DNA of 64,000 nt, taken from NCBI GenBank assembly GCA_963777955.1, contig CAVZSQ010000017.1, positions 1 through 64,000 of the forward strand, read 5' to 3'. The stretch is from Calditrichia bacterium. GTDB taxonomy: Bacteria > Calditrichota > Calditrichia > JAJRVZ01. The position numbers and the translations under genes were made by a program. Positions 22,410 through 33,809 of this stretch are shown piece by piece. The notes under the pieces are model-generated. The model was not told the origin of the DNA and searched no databases. It worked only from the letters and a program-made list of their open reading frames with translations. Numbering within the stretch: position 1 is the first letter of the stretch; the number at the start of each line of letters is the position of its first letter.

Positions 22410-22477
22410 CTCTGTGGAACTCAGTGCTTCTCCGTGTTTCTCTGTGTCATAAATATTACACGGAGAGACACGGAGAA
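22410..22477. repeat. CTCYGTG/CACRGAG periodic inverted repeat
   Basis: CTCTGTG, CTCAGTG, CTCCGTG, CTCTGTG at about 10-nt spacing, then inverted CACGGAG x2; forms a 20-bp hairpin. Confidence 0.7.
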
Positions 22478-22493
22478 AAGAATGGAGAATAAT

Positions 22494-24144
22494 ATGGCTC
22501 TGCATCCCCTGGCCGGGAAACCTGCACCGCGCGATTTACTGGTGAATATTCCCAGGCTGATTTCCACTTATTATACAGTCCGGCCTGATGCTGCCGATCC
22601 TGCCCAGCGGATATCTTTCGGCACCTCCGGGCATCGCGGATCTTCGCTCAACGGCAGTTTTAATGAAAATCATATTCTGGCCGTAACTCAGGCCTTATGT
22701 GAATACCGTCAGGCAGCACGGATCAGCGGACCAATATTTATCGGACTGGATACTCATGCTCTCTCGGAACCTGCTTTTATTACCGCCCTGGAAGTTTTTG
22801 GCGCAAATAGTACCGAAATTTTTATCCAGGAGGGACGCGGCTACACCCCCACTCCGGTTATCTCCCATGCTATTTTAAATTATAACCGCGAACATAAGAC
22901 CACTCAGGCCGATGGCGTGGTGATTACCCCATCCCATAATCCTCCTGAAGATGGCGGCTTCAAATATAATCCGCCCAGCGGCGGACCTGCCGGATCGGAA
23001 ATAACAAAAATAATTGAAAACAGGGCCAATGAAATACTGGCCAGAGAACTGTCCAAAATAAAACGCATCCCCTTTCAGCAGGCACTTACGGGCAAGCACA
23101 ACTCATCATTATGATTTCATCAAACCATATGTGCAGGATCTGCAGAATATCATCGACCTGGAAGCGATTTCCGCTTCCGGCCTCAAAATGGGTGTTGATC
23201 CCCTGGGCGGATCAGGTATTGCCTACTGGCAGCCTATCAAAGAAACTTACCAACTCAATCTCGAAGTAGTCAATCCGCTGGTCGATCCCACCTTTTCTTT
23301 TATGACCGTGGATAAGGATGGCAAGATACGCATGGATTGTTCGTCTGCTTCGGCCATGGCCGGCCTGATAAATTTAAAAAACTCTTTTGATATCGCCTTT
23401 GGCAATGATCCGGACTATGATCGTCATGGTATCGTAACTAAAACCAGCGGACTGATGAATCCCAACCATTATTTAGCCGTGGCAATCTGGTATCTTTACC
23501 AGAACCGTCCCCGCTGGCCGGCCGGAACCGGAATCGGCAAGACACTGGTATCCAGTTCCATGATTGACCGTGTGGCTAAATCTCTGCAGCGAAAACTGGT
23601 TGAAGTTCCGGTGGGCTTCAAATGGTTTGTCGACGGCCTGCTGGATGGCTCGATCGGCTTTGGCGGAGAAGAAAGTGCCGGTGCGACTTTTTTAAGAAAA
23701 GACGGTACCGTCTGGACCACCGATAAAGATGGAATCATTATGGATTTATTATCTGCCGAAATAACCGCCAAAACCGGCCAGGATCCGGCGGAACATTATC
23801 TGAATCTGGAAAATCAGTTCGGTCACCCGGTCTATGAACGTATCGATGCCGCGGCTGATAAACAGCAAAAAGCAATACTGCAAAACCTTACTCCGCAGAT
23901 GATCACCGCCAAAACCCTGGCCGGCGAGAAAATTACTGCTATCCTGACCAACGCTCCGGGTAACCAGGCTGCTATTGGCGGATTGAAAGTCATCACTGAA
24001 AATGGCTGGTTCGCGGCCCGTCCTTCGGGCACTGAAGAGGTCTATAAAATTTATGCCGAAAGTTTTTTAAGTACAGAGCATCTGCGGCAGATTCAGCAGG
24101 AAGCTCAGCAGATCGTCAGCGCTGCTTTTAATAATTTGATTTAA
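22494..24144 (+). CDS. pgm: Phosphoglucomutase, alpha-D-glucose-1,6-bisphosphate-dependent (frameshift at about 23090)
   Basis: [52 protein letters not shown]. Confidence 0.95.
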
Positions 24145-24145
24145 T

Positions 24146-24875
24146 ATGCAGCCTTCACCTGAAAATATTGTTCTGTCTTACCATCAATCCATCACCCTGA
24201 TGCAACAATTATCCTCGCTGGCCGGAGTGAAAGTCGAAATGGATTACGGTAAAAGCCGCTGTTTGGTACTCGATCAACAGGGTGAGAAAATTCTGGAATT
24301 TCATTACCCACTGTCCTTCCCCGCCAATCCTCCCGGGCAAAATTTAATTTCATACGCAGGTGCTCTGACTGCGAATCCAATCCCTTATGTCATCCTGCTG
24401 ATGCATGCCGGTCAGTCTGCTTTGGGTTATTTTACCCGGGGGGAGCTGCTGCAGCACAAGGTGATCCGGAAATATATGGTACGCAAGAAGCAGGGGAAGG
24501 CCCAGTATAAATTTCAGAAACAAAAAACAGCCCACAGCCAGGGGGCCAGGATCCGCCTGGCCAATACGGTCTCTTTTTTTGAAGAGATCAATACGTATTT
24601 GCTGGATTGGTTTAAAGCAAACCCGGTGGAAAAGATTATTTATAGTTGTCCGCCGACGTTGTGGTCGATGTTATTCAAGTCAAAAATCAATCCCCCTTTT
24701 CAGAAGGAAGATCCCCGTTTGATCAAGGTTCCGCTGCACCTGCCTGATCCGATTATTAAAAACGCTGCTTTATATCAATCACTATGTGCAAAGCGGCCAG
24801 TGCAAACTGTACGTGCAACCTGGCTCGGAGTCAGCAAAAGTTTTAGATATTTTTTTTAAATCGATCTCTGCTTAA
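24146..24875 (+). CDS. Bacterial Vms1/ANKZF1-like release factor (bVLRF1-type); C-terminus frameshifted at about 24755
   Basis: LLMHAGQSALGYF..HKVIRKYMVRKKQGKAQ..SQGARIRLAN..DPRLIKVP..P matches the VLRF1 pattern HK.F..Y..R.KQG..Q..S.G...R..N..DPR...IP. Confidence 0.8.
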
Positions 24876-24890
24876 ATGATCGATGTGATT

Positions 24891-25016
24891 ATTGACCCAC
24901 CCCACACCACTACTTTCAGTCTGTTGACTGAAAGGGAGGGGCAGGGGGTGGGTCGTTTGAAAATTACGGCTGGGAATCTAAAATAGTTACCTCGTAACGG
25001 TTGCCCTTAAATTAGT
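24891..25016. repeat. Direct repeat of about 125 bp, left copy; includes family A copy 4 (24894-24954)
   Basis: Aligns with 25350-25476 beyond the palindrome (TTACGGCTGGGAATCTAA..TTACCTC.TAACGG..CCTTAAATT). Confidence 0.85.
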
Positions 25017-25080
25017 TTTATCGAATTAGATGCAGGCTTACCCCAGTAAATTAGATAAGTATTTTGCGCTGTAAAGTAGG

Positions 25081-25325
25081 GGGTCGGACCTGAATCGTAT
25101 ATTGTTTTTTAATGAGTTAAGTCCTAATAATCCGCATTTTATGGTCTTAAATGGCTCTTTTTAGTATTAAAAACACTAATTAGAAGTGTCTGCGGTTCGA
25201 TTTTGAGTAAATACTACATTTTATATTTCATCTTTTTATACTTTAGAAGGGGCATTTAACGCCCATTTTTAATGGTCTTTCCGATTTAATTTCAATATAA
25301 ACAATCTGAATCTCAGGTCCGACCC
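25081..25325. mobile_element. MITE-like element with 13-bp terminal inverted repeats
   Basis: GGGTCGGACCTGA (25081-25093) and TCAGGTCCGACCC (25313-25325) enclose an AT-rich noncoding core; no target-site duplication recognised. Confidence 0.55.
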
Positions 25326-25349
25326 AGTATCGCCAGCATTACCGTAAAT

Positions 25350-25476
25350 ATTGACCCTCCCCACACCCCTCCCTTTCAGTCTGTTGACTGAAAGGGAGGG
25401 GCAGGGGGTGGGTCGTTTTGACTTACGGCTGGGAATCTAACCTTTTTACCTCTTAACGGCTTGACCTTAAATTCTT
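25350..25476. repeat. Direct repeat of about 125 bp, right copy; includes family A copy 5 (25353-25414)
   Basis: CCCCTCCCTTTCAGTC-TGTT-GACTGAAAGGGAGGGG plus the shared tail. Confidence 0.85.
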
Positions 25477-26435
25477 TACCCTACCGCATTCGGTGCCGGC
25501 TTACCCCGGGCTACTTCGATAATATTTTGCGCTGCCAGTCTGGCCATCTCCTCACGGGTTCGCATACGTGGCACTGCCCAGGTGGGGCAATAAAACAACA
25601 TTCTTAAAATCCGCCAATCCCTGCGCCAGTAATGGTTCACGTTCATATACATCCAGACCCGCCCCGGCAATAGTTTTATTGGCCAGCGCCCGTACCAGCG
25701 CCTGTTCATCAATCACGGCCCCCCGCGAGGTATTAATTAAAATAGCCGTGGCTTTCATCCGCTGCAGCCGTTTTTCATCGATCAGATGACGGGTGGATTC
25801 GGTCAGCGGTACATGCAGTGAAATAAAATCTGCACGTCCTGATCAGATCATCCAGTTCTTTCTTTTGCGCTTTGTATTCCTTTTCGATCAATTTGTTCGT
25901 TACACTATCCGAATAAAGAATATTCATACCGAAGCCGCAGGCCCGCCTGGCTACGGCAGTGCCGATCCGTCCGGCTCCGATTATGCCGATGGTCTGGCCG
26001 GAGACATCCGCTCCCAGCATCAGCAGCGGCGACCAGCCGGTAAAATTTCCCTGGCGCACCAGTTGATCCCCCTCGACAACTCTTCTGGCACAGGCCAGGA
26101 TTAAAGCAAAAGCCAGATCGGCCGTTGCTTCGGTCAAAACATCAGGAGTATTGGTGACCACGATACCGTGCTGCCTGGCAGCTTGCAGATCGATATTATT
26201 ATAGCCCACGGCATAATTGGCAATAATCTTCAGTTGCGAAGCCTGCTCGATCAGCGCAGTCTGATATGGGGTCGGTCACCATGGACAATAAAGCATCACA
26301 ATCCCTGATTTTTTCCAATAGCAACGATTCCGGAATGGGCTGATCGTGCGGATATACTTCCACCTGCAGTCCGGCTTTTTTCAATAAATCAATTCCCGCA
26401 GCGGGAATTTCCCGGGTAATAAAAACTTTCCACAT
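25476..26435 (-). CDS. D-2-hydroxyacid dehydrogenase, glyoxylate reductase/D-glycerate dehydrogenase family (about 3 frameshifts)
   Basis: KVFITREIP, GYNNID, NTPDVLT, GAGRIG, INTSRGAVIDE, GLDVYEREP, PHLGSAT spread over four ORF pieces. Confidence 0.9.
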
Positions 26436-26686
26436 TATTTAGGGCCCTCAATAATCACTTCTGTATACTTTGACTTTTCCATGAATTTTTTCATAATTTA
26501 TCACATCAACAGTACAAAGTGAAACTAATCATTTATTTCAGCTGCATTCAACAATTAATTTTTGAATCAATTTTAATTTTTCACGTATATTATGTTTCAG
26601 GAATAGTTAAGCTATTTCCCGGAGGATAGCAGAGTTATAATCCGGGATTAACCGGTATTATTTTTAATATTATACGGGACAAAAAA

Positions 26687-29354
26687 TTGGCCAATTCATT
26701 TATACCTGTCATTGAGCGATTGCGCGTTTTCTGGAAGGCAATCGATTTTAAAACGGTTAAATCCGCTTCTTTCAGCTTTTACCTGATCTGCTGGTACATC
26801 GTCTACTACTTTCTACTCTATGCCATGAATCATAATACCGGCTGGGTCGTTATCTGGATGGTTTTCCTGGGCCTGATCTGGTTCAGCGTTAACCGTAATA
26901 TAATAAATGCCATCCATCCCCCGGTCGAAGTAATCCTGGGCCTGATATTTATCCTGTATATCGTGACCTATTCATATTTGAATCTGAACTTTAACCATTT
27001 GCTCTCTGCGGGTAGTAGTACAGGTCTGGAATCCCGTCTACCGGGATTTTTCACTTTTTTTCTGTTAGGTTTGCTGACTCTGCTGTTCGGATTATTGTTG
27101 ACGCTCAACAATACCGCCGTAATCACGTTACAACCTGCGAACAATAATCATTCCGACACTGCTAAACAAACGGCTATCTATTACAAGCAAACAGTCATTT
27201 TCTGGTATGCCCTGATCGGAATGCTCGGTCATCAGCTGGTCTTTTTTGAGAACCTTATCTATCTGTATGTCTTCGAATTTTTCCTGTTCCTGCTTTTGCT
27301 GAATAAAACCAGCTGGCTGGAGAGATTATCCAGGTATGAATTGTACACGTCTTTTGTGATACTGCTGGTACTTTTTCTGTTTATGCAGGATCCGGCCAGT
27401 TTTCAAAAAGTAAAGATGCTGGAAATCCAGTATAAAGTAACCTGGTTCAGTTTTCCCCTGTATCTGCAGTCTGCTGATCAAATTATATTTTCTGGCTTTA
27501 CTGGTAAAAATACCCATTGTGGTGATTTATAACCATGCCAGTCTGGCCCGGAAATTATCCATGGCCGGCTTGTTACAATCAACTTTTCCCCAGTTTTTCC
27601 AATTTATATTCCTGATCTGTATTTTTTTCTACTTTATCTCCGGCTGGCAGGCTGATAGATTACAGCAATCTTTGCAGGATGAAATAGACCAGATCCGCAG
27701 CGGGAATATCGCCAGTGCTTATAACTACTTTCAGGTGAATCTCCGGCCGGACGACCAATCCCTGCTCTGCAGCGGTTATGCCCCCTTCATGTTACAGCAG
27801 TCCTTCGGCAGCGAGGGCGTAATAGTTTTGAACAAATCCAGCAGCGGCCAGGAAGAATCACAAAAGAAAGAAGATTATTTCTTTTATGTCAGGGAGAGCG
27901 ATTCTTTGCTTACCTCCCTGTGTTTAATTAAGATCGATACCAATCTGATAAATTACTGGTCTCAAAAACTGAACGTCCTGGCCGGCAATGGCCTGATTTG
28001 CTATCCTTATTCCCCCAAGGACTGGCAGGATTTTTTGTACAAGCAGGATTTCCTTAAATCCGAATCTAACTTCAGAATATACCCATTTAGTTTTCTCTCC
28101 AGAAACCGTAGCTGGTCTGTTATTTCACGGATTGAAACTAAACCGGAGACCGGGACCCGCATCGTGATCATGGGCCAGGAAAACTATTCTGGCAATCAGA
28201 AATTCATTCTCGGGCGGGTGTTCCTGCCGGTAATGAGCGGTGCTGATACGCATTTATCATATTTTGCTTTTGACATATATCTGGCCTTTACCATCGCCTT
28301 CTGGACATCCACCCTGGCTAAAATAATCCTGATCCTAATTCTGCTGTTCTTTTTACTGAATTTTTTAGTCATCGGGCGGGTAACCAAATTTGGTGATCAG
28401 ATCAATAAAATCATTATACAAAAATTCCAGCATCTCAAAAGCGGGATTAAAGAAATTTCATCCGGGAATCTGGAGTATAAATTTAAAATGGAAGGCGAGG
28501 ATGAGTTTGTAGAACTGGCCCGTCATTTCAACCAGATGGGCGACCGCCTGAAAGTGACTATCGCCGAAGCCCGGGAGAAAGACCGGCTGGACCAGGAACT
28601 GCAGATAGCCCGCCAGGTTCAATTGAGTTTATTGCCTGAAAAACTTCCGCGAATTCCCGGTTATCAAATCGCCGCGGCCATCCAGACTGCCAATGAGGTG
28701 GGGGGAGATTTTTACGATGTACTTCAGCTGGGCAACCATCAGTATCTTTTCACTATCGGCGATGTATCGGGCAAAGGATCTTCCGCCGCTTTTTATATGG
28801 CTCAGATCATCAGTTTGCTGCGCTTCTCTCAGCAATTTACCGTCGAACCAAAAGAGGTTGTACTTCGCCTCAATCAGTATTTTGCCACCCAGATAAAAGA
28901 CCGCCAGATTTTTATCACCGCCATTGTTGGCATTCTTGATACGGAAAAAAATACGGTGCAATTAGTCCGCGCCGGACATACCCTGCCCATCTTTATTCCG
29001 GGCAATGTCCGCATGGAGATCAAGGAGTTGCGCTGTACGGGTCTGGGTATCGGCCTGACCGACAACCAGCAAAAATACGAGGAATCTTTGCAGGTAGTAA
29101 CCGTCGATCTCGATGCTGCCGACATGCTGTTATTTTATACCGACGGCGTCATAGAAGCGGCCAGACCTGCGGCTGGCCAATCTGTGACCGGCATGGAAGT
29201 TTTTGGAGAGCGCCGCTTAAAAGATATCTTAAACACACTGCGCGGAGAAAAGGCCCAGAACGTATTATTGACTTTAACCCAAGAACTTAAGATATTTTAT
29301 GCAGATCATCCATGGGTTGATGATCATGCCCTGTTAATTATTCAAAAATCATAG
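26687..29354 (+). CDS. Multi-TM HAMP + SpoIIE/RsbU-type PP2C phosphatase (frameshift at about 27475)
   Basis: Hydrophobic N-half, HAMP (DEFVELARHFNQM), ELQIARQVQLSLLP, VGGDFYD, GDVSGKG, YTDGVIEA, DDH. Confidence 0.87.
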
Positions 29355-29372
29355 TCAAACATCGGGAAGCGT

Positions 29373-30461
29373 ATGGCGGGTAATACTATCGGACAATTTT
29401 TTCGGGTAACCACGGCTGGAGAAAGTCACGGTGCAGCCAATCTGGTAATTATTGACGGCTTGCCGGCCGGCATTCAACTCAGCATCGAAGAAATCCAGAA
29501 AGACCTGGATCGCCGCAGGCCGGGCCAATCCAGGATAACTTCTCACCGGCATGAAGCCGATCAGGCCGCAATATTATCGGGAACATTCGAAGGGAAAACC
29601 ACCGGTACGCCATTATCGATTCTCATTCGCAACACCGACCAGCGGCCCGGTGATTATAATGAAATGAAAGACAAGTACCGTCCGGGTCACGCCGATTTCA
29701 GCTATGATGCCAAGTATGGCTTCCACGATTATCGCGGCGGTGGGCGGGCCAGTGCCCGCGAAACCGTTACCCGTGTGGCTGCCGGCGCTGTCGCGAAAAT
29801 AGTTTTGACTGCCTTATGTCCCAACTTCCAGATTCTGGCTTATGTAAAACAGATCGGCCCGATTCAGGCCGAAATTGCCGATCCGGCGTCGTTATCCATA
29901 GATCAGATTGAAGCAAATATAGTTCGTTGTCCGGATCCCGCAGCGGCAGAAAAGATGATCGAACTGATCGAACAGGTACATAGTGAGCGCGACTCAATAG
30001 GCGGCCTGGCCGAAATAATTGTCCGTGGTATCCCGCCCGGTTGGGGTGAACCCGTTTTTGATAAATTAAATGCCGAACTCGCCAGCGCTTTACTCAGTAT
30101 TCCGGCAGTAACCGGAGTCGAATTCGGAATCGGCTTTGCTGCTGCCACGGCACGCGGCAGCGAAACCAATGATCCGTTTATTGCCACAGCAGCCGGGATT
30201 AAAACTGCCACGAACCGCCATGGCGGTATTCAGGGCGGAATATCGACCGGGATGCCGATCATTATCCGCTGCTCCGTGAAGCCAACCAGTTCCATCCCCC
30301 GCGAACAACAGACCGTAACCACGACCGGTGAACCAACCACGATAACCGTAAAAGGCCGTCATGATCCATGCCTGTTGCCGCGATTTATTCCGGTAGCCGA
30401 AGCAATGGTAGCGATTGTCCTGGCCGATCATAGTTTGCGGCAAAGACAGGCCCGCATCTGA
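29373..30461 (+). CDS. aroC: Chorismate synthase
   Basis: GESHG, RRRPGQ, RPGHAD, GGGRASARET, GGIQGGIS, GRHDPC. Confidence 0.97.
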   Translation: MAGNTIGQFFRVTTAGESHGAANLVIIDGLPAGIQLSIEEIQKDLDRRRPGQSRITSHRHEADQAAILSGTFEGKTTGTPLSILIRNTDQRPGDYNEMKDKYRPGHADFSYDAKYGFHDYRGGGRASARETVTRVAAGAVAKIVLTALCPNFQILAYVKQIGPIQAEIADPASLSIDQIEANIVRCPDPAAAEKMIELIEQVHSERDSIGGLAEIIVRGIPPGWGEPVFDKLNAELASALLSIPAVTGVEFGIGFAAATARGSETNDPFIATAAGIKTATNRHGGIQGGISTGMPIIIRCSVKPTSSIPREQQTVTTTGEPTTITVKGRHDPCLLPRFIPVAEAMVAIVLADHSLRQRQARI

Positions 30462-30508
30462 TTATTACCATACCGGCCTTATTTAAAATAATTCATTTCC
30501 CGAGCAAC

Positions 30509-31480
30509 TTGTCCTCTACTTTTCACGTACCAGCAATAAATACCGGAAGGAATACCGGTTTGAAGGCAGTTGAAACATTCGGACTAACAAAATATTACTC
30601 CCGCGGTAAAGTACAGGCCCTGCAGGACTTTACTCTCGCTGTTGATCCGGGCGAAATCTTCAGTTTACTGGGACCGAATGGAGCCGGTAAAACCACCTTG
30701 ATCAAAATACTGCTCGGTATTGTTCATCCTACCTGCGGTGAAGCCAGAATGCTTGGTTTCGGGTATACCCACTATCCCGTACATTCCCGCATCGGTTACC
30801 TGGCAGAAAATCATCGTTTCCCTGAATTCCTCAACGCTCAGCAGATACTTTATTATTATGGTAAAATGGCCGGACTGGACCAGACCTTTTTGAATCAAAA
30901 GATTCCTTTTTTGTTAAAGCAGGTAAAATTAGAGAACTGGGCTAAAACCCGGATTCGTAAATTCTCCAAGGGGATGCTGCAGCGGTTGGGACTCGCTCAT
31001 GCCCTGCTCAATAACCCGGATTTACTCTTTCTGGATGAACCGACCGACGGTATCGATCCAGTGGGACGCAAAGAAATACGCGATATTCTGAAATCACTGA
31101 GAGATTCCGGTAAAACTGTTTTTCTTAATTCGCACCTGTTATCCGAAGTGGAACGTATCTCCGATGAAATCGCCATTCTGAAAAACGGCCGGTTAATTCG
31201 CCGGGGACAATTGGATGATTTCATCTCCATCAAAGAGCAGTATCTGCTGCGCTTAAAAGACGGCCGCGTCATTAATGAAGTCTGTACAGACCTGCAGATC
31301 CCGCTGAGCCATAATAAAGAAGAATATATTATTTCTGTTAAAGATGAACAGCAGTTGAATTACCTGATTGACCGGCTGAGACAGGGCCAGGCCATTATCC
31401 AGGCCATCGTACCGCGAAAAATATCTCTGGAAGATTATTACATTGAAGTCCTTGACGAAAATGGCACGGTCCAAAAATGA
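30509..31480 (+). CDS. ABC transporter ATP-binding protein (start may be about 30560)
   Basis: GPNGAGKT, FSKGM, LDEPTDGID, NSHLL. Confidence 0.92.
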   Translation: MSSTFHVPAINTGRNTGLKAVETFGLTKYYSRGKVQALQDFTLAVDPGEIFSLLGPNGAGKTTLIKILLGIVHPTCGEARMLGFGYTHYPVHSRIGYLAENHRFPEFLNAQQILYYYGKMAGLDQTFLNQKIPFLLKQVKLENWAKTRIRKFSKGMLQRLGLAHALLNNPDLLFLDEPTDGIDPVGRKEIRDILKSLRDSGKTVFLNSHLLSEVERISDEIAILKNGRLIRRGQLDDFISIKEQYLLRLKDGRVINEVCTDLQIPLSHNKEEYIISVKDEQQLNYLIDRLRQGQAIIQAIVPRKISLEDYYIEVLDENGTVQK

Positions 31481-32297
31481 AAGTAATGGCGATCATACAA
31501 TTGACTTTTCGTGAGTCTCTGGCAAAAAAGACTTTTATGGCTTTTTTTGCCATTTCTACCCTGGCCTGTTTACTTTTTATTTTTGCCCTGAATCTCGATA
31601 TTGTCAATGGTGCCCAATCTTCAATTTCGCTATTTGGGAATAAAGCAGAGGAATTAGTAGATGTCCGTGAAGTAATTACCGTTATCGAAGGTGCCGTTGC
31701 TGTTTTATTATTTACCGGGGGCATTTTTATGTCCCTGTTCGCCACCAGCAATCTGATCCCGACTTTATTGCAGCCGGGTTTTATTGATTTATTCATCAGT
31801 AAACCGGTCAGCCGCATACAAATTTTATCCGGCAGAATATTAGGTTCGGTAACCATCGTCGCTTTTAATATTTTTTACCTGATTCTGTTCAGCTGGCTCA
31901 TCATGTCGATCAAAACCGGTGTATGGAACTGGGGCTTCCTGCTGGCCGGGATTATGATTGTTCTGACTTTTATCATTTTGTTTTCGCTGATGACTTTCCT
32001 GGGACTCCTGACCGGCAGCGGACCTTTTTCACTGATGATCACTTATCTGATCCTTTTTTTCAGTCCGCTATTAATCGAACGAAATCAAATCTATGCGCTG
32101 CTGACATCCAAATTTTATGGTTATCTGGTGGATGGGCTTTATTATTTTCTGCCCAAAACTGCCGAACTGGGCAACATAACCCAGCAACTGGTGCGGGGAA
32201 TTCCGGTTTCTTCCTGGTTGCCGTTATGGTCTTCACTTTTATTTGCCGCTTTATGATCATGATATCAATATCCATTTTTTTGAAAAAGAATTTTTAG
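31477..32297 (+). CDS. ABC-2 type permease (frameshift near the 3' end)
   Basis: About 6 TM segments, ISKPVSR motif; C-terminus ...SISIFLKKNF in the adjacent frame. Confidence 0.85.
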
Positions 32298-32305
32298 GAG
32301 GATTT

Positions 32306-33286
32306 ATGAAAATCAGATGTTTTACAGTTTTGCTGCTCGTAGTATTACTGGCTGCCTGTGTACAGGAACGACCGGAACCGTTATCCGATCAGATGAAGCA
32401 TCAGTTAACCATGTTACCCCAGGATGTCGATCTGCTGGGATATATCAATCTGCAGCAAATCCAGCAAAGCAAAGTGTCAAAAGTAATTTTAGATTCCGCT
32501 GCACTGTGCATGTTTCACAACAAGGAGTTTGATGAATTCAAATCAGCCACCGGTTTCGATTTCCAGAAAGATGCCAGCGAACTTTATTTCGCCGTTGGCT
32601 TGAATAATGAAGCAAAAGTAAAAGATGAGTTTAACGGCTTATTTGTGGCCAGAGGTAATTTTGATCCCGAAAAGATCATTTCGTTTATCAAATCAAAACA
32701 TGAAGGCGCAGAAGTAGTGGAAGAAACATATGCTCAATTTAAACTCTACCGGCCGACTGACGAGCATCTCGTTTTTTGTTTTGCCGACCAGCATACCTTG
32801 ATTGCCGGTAATGACGCGGCCGTAAAAACCTGGCTGGATAAGTCTGTTCCGTCTGCCGATTTGAAACTTGCTGAAAACTGGCGGCAAGCCATCGGAACAT
32901 TAAAATATAAGAACGGGTTCTGGCTGGCCATGACCACAAAAAATTTGGCCGAACTCATTGAGCAGGAAACCGCCCTGCCGAAGAATTTTGAGGGTATTAA
33001 AAATATTAAAAGCGCCTCTTTTTCCATGAATTTTTCTGACCACTTATCTTTTGATGGTCAGGGTGAATGCCTTGATGCCGAGAAAGCTGATTTATTCCGC
33101 GATGCCCTGCGGGGCGTGCTGGCTTCGGCTAAACTTTCCGTAAGTTCTCAACGGGATCTGGTGGACATTATTAATGAAGTAAATGTCGATTCAAAAAATG
33201 AAAAAGTAACCGTCCGGTTCAAATTAGGTACAGAGGAAATTGAAAAACTCAAACAAATGAAGCAAACAACGCTTAGACCAATATAA
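32306..33286 (+). CDS. Hypothetical lipoprotein
   Basis: AGGAGG RBS and lipobox in MKIRCFTVLLLVVLLAAC. Confidence 0.8.
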   Translation: MKIRCFTVLLLVVLLAACVQERPEPLSDQMKHQLTMLPQDVDLLGYINLQQIQQSKVSKVILDSAALCMFHNKEFDEFKSATGFDFQKDASELYFAVGLNNEAKVKDEFNGLFVARGNFDPEKIISFIKSKHEGAEVVEETYAQFKLYRPTDEHLVFCFADQHTLIAGNDAAVKTWLDKSVPSADLKLAENWRQAIGTLKYKNGFWLAMTTKNLAELIEQETALPKNFEGIKNIKSASFSMNFSDHLSFDGQGECLDAEKADLFRDALRGVLASAKLSVSSQRDLVDIINEVNVDSKNEKVTVRFKLGTEEIEKLKQMKQTTLRPI

Positions 33287-33808
33287 TTGAAGAATAATTT
33301 GATAATCCGCAAAGAGCAGGCCGGGGATAAGGAACAAATTTATTTTGTTAATGACCAGGCCTTTGAAGGCAGTGATGAGGCTGAGTTGGTGGATGAACTC
33401 AGGGAGCGGAATAAACTGCTTATTTCCCTGGTGGCAGAAATTAATAAAAAAATTGTAGGGCACATCGCTTTTACCGAGGTTTTTATCAAGTCTGCCGATT
33501 CCCTGCCCCACGGGGCGGGCCTGGCCCCGATGGCAGTGCTCAAGGAGTATCAGAATCGCAAAATAGGAAGTGCGCTGGTGGAAGCGGGGCTGCAGCAGTG
33601 CGAAGAAATGGGTATTGAATACGTCACGGTTCTGGGTTATCCCCGCTATTATCCCCGTTTCGGTTTTCAAAAAGCCAGTCCTTATGGCATTCACTGCCAG
33701 TATGAAATTCCTGATGATATGTTCATGATCATCGGACTGGGCCGGGGAATTTTAAAATTAATTGCCAATCATACAATTAGTTATGATCCCTTATTCGATG
33801 GAAGGTAA
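33287..33808 (+). CDS. GNAT N-acetyltransferase (YhbS-like)
   Basis: SLVAE, VGHIAF, LAPMAV..YQNRKIGSAL, VLGYPRYYPRFGF. Confidence 0.9.
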   Translation: MKNNLIIRKEQAGDKEQIYFVNDQAFEGSDEAELVDELRERNKLLISLVAEINKKIVGHIAFTEVFIKSADSLPHGAGLAPMAVLKEYQNRKIGSALVEAGLQQCEEMGIEYVTVLGYPRYYPRFGFQKASPYGIHCQYEIPDDMFMIIGLGRGILKLIANHTISYDPLFDGR

Positions 33809-33809
33809 T

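Noticed and set aside
8055..24144. Programmed frameshifting in thiN, pgm and others
   Set aside because: No consistent slippery sites or stimulators; the breaks are too widespread and fit indel error.
26440..26690. Riboswitch upstream of the SpoIIE gene or of the GGDEF-EAL gene (42100-42368)
   Set aside because: No c-di-GMP or other aptamer consensus recognisable by eye; an Rfam scan would be needed.
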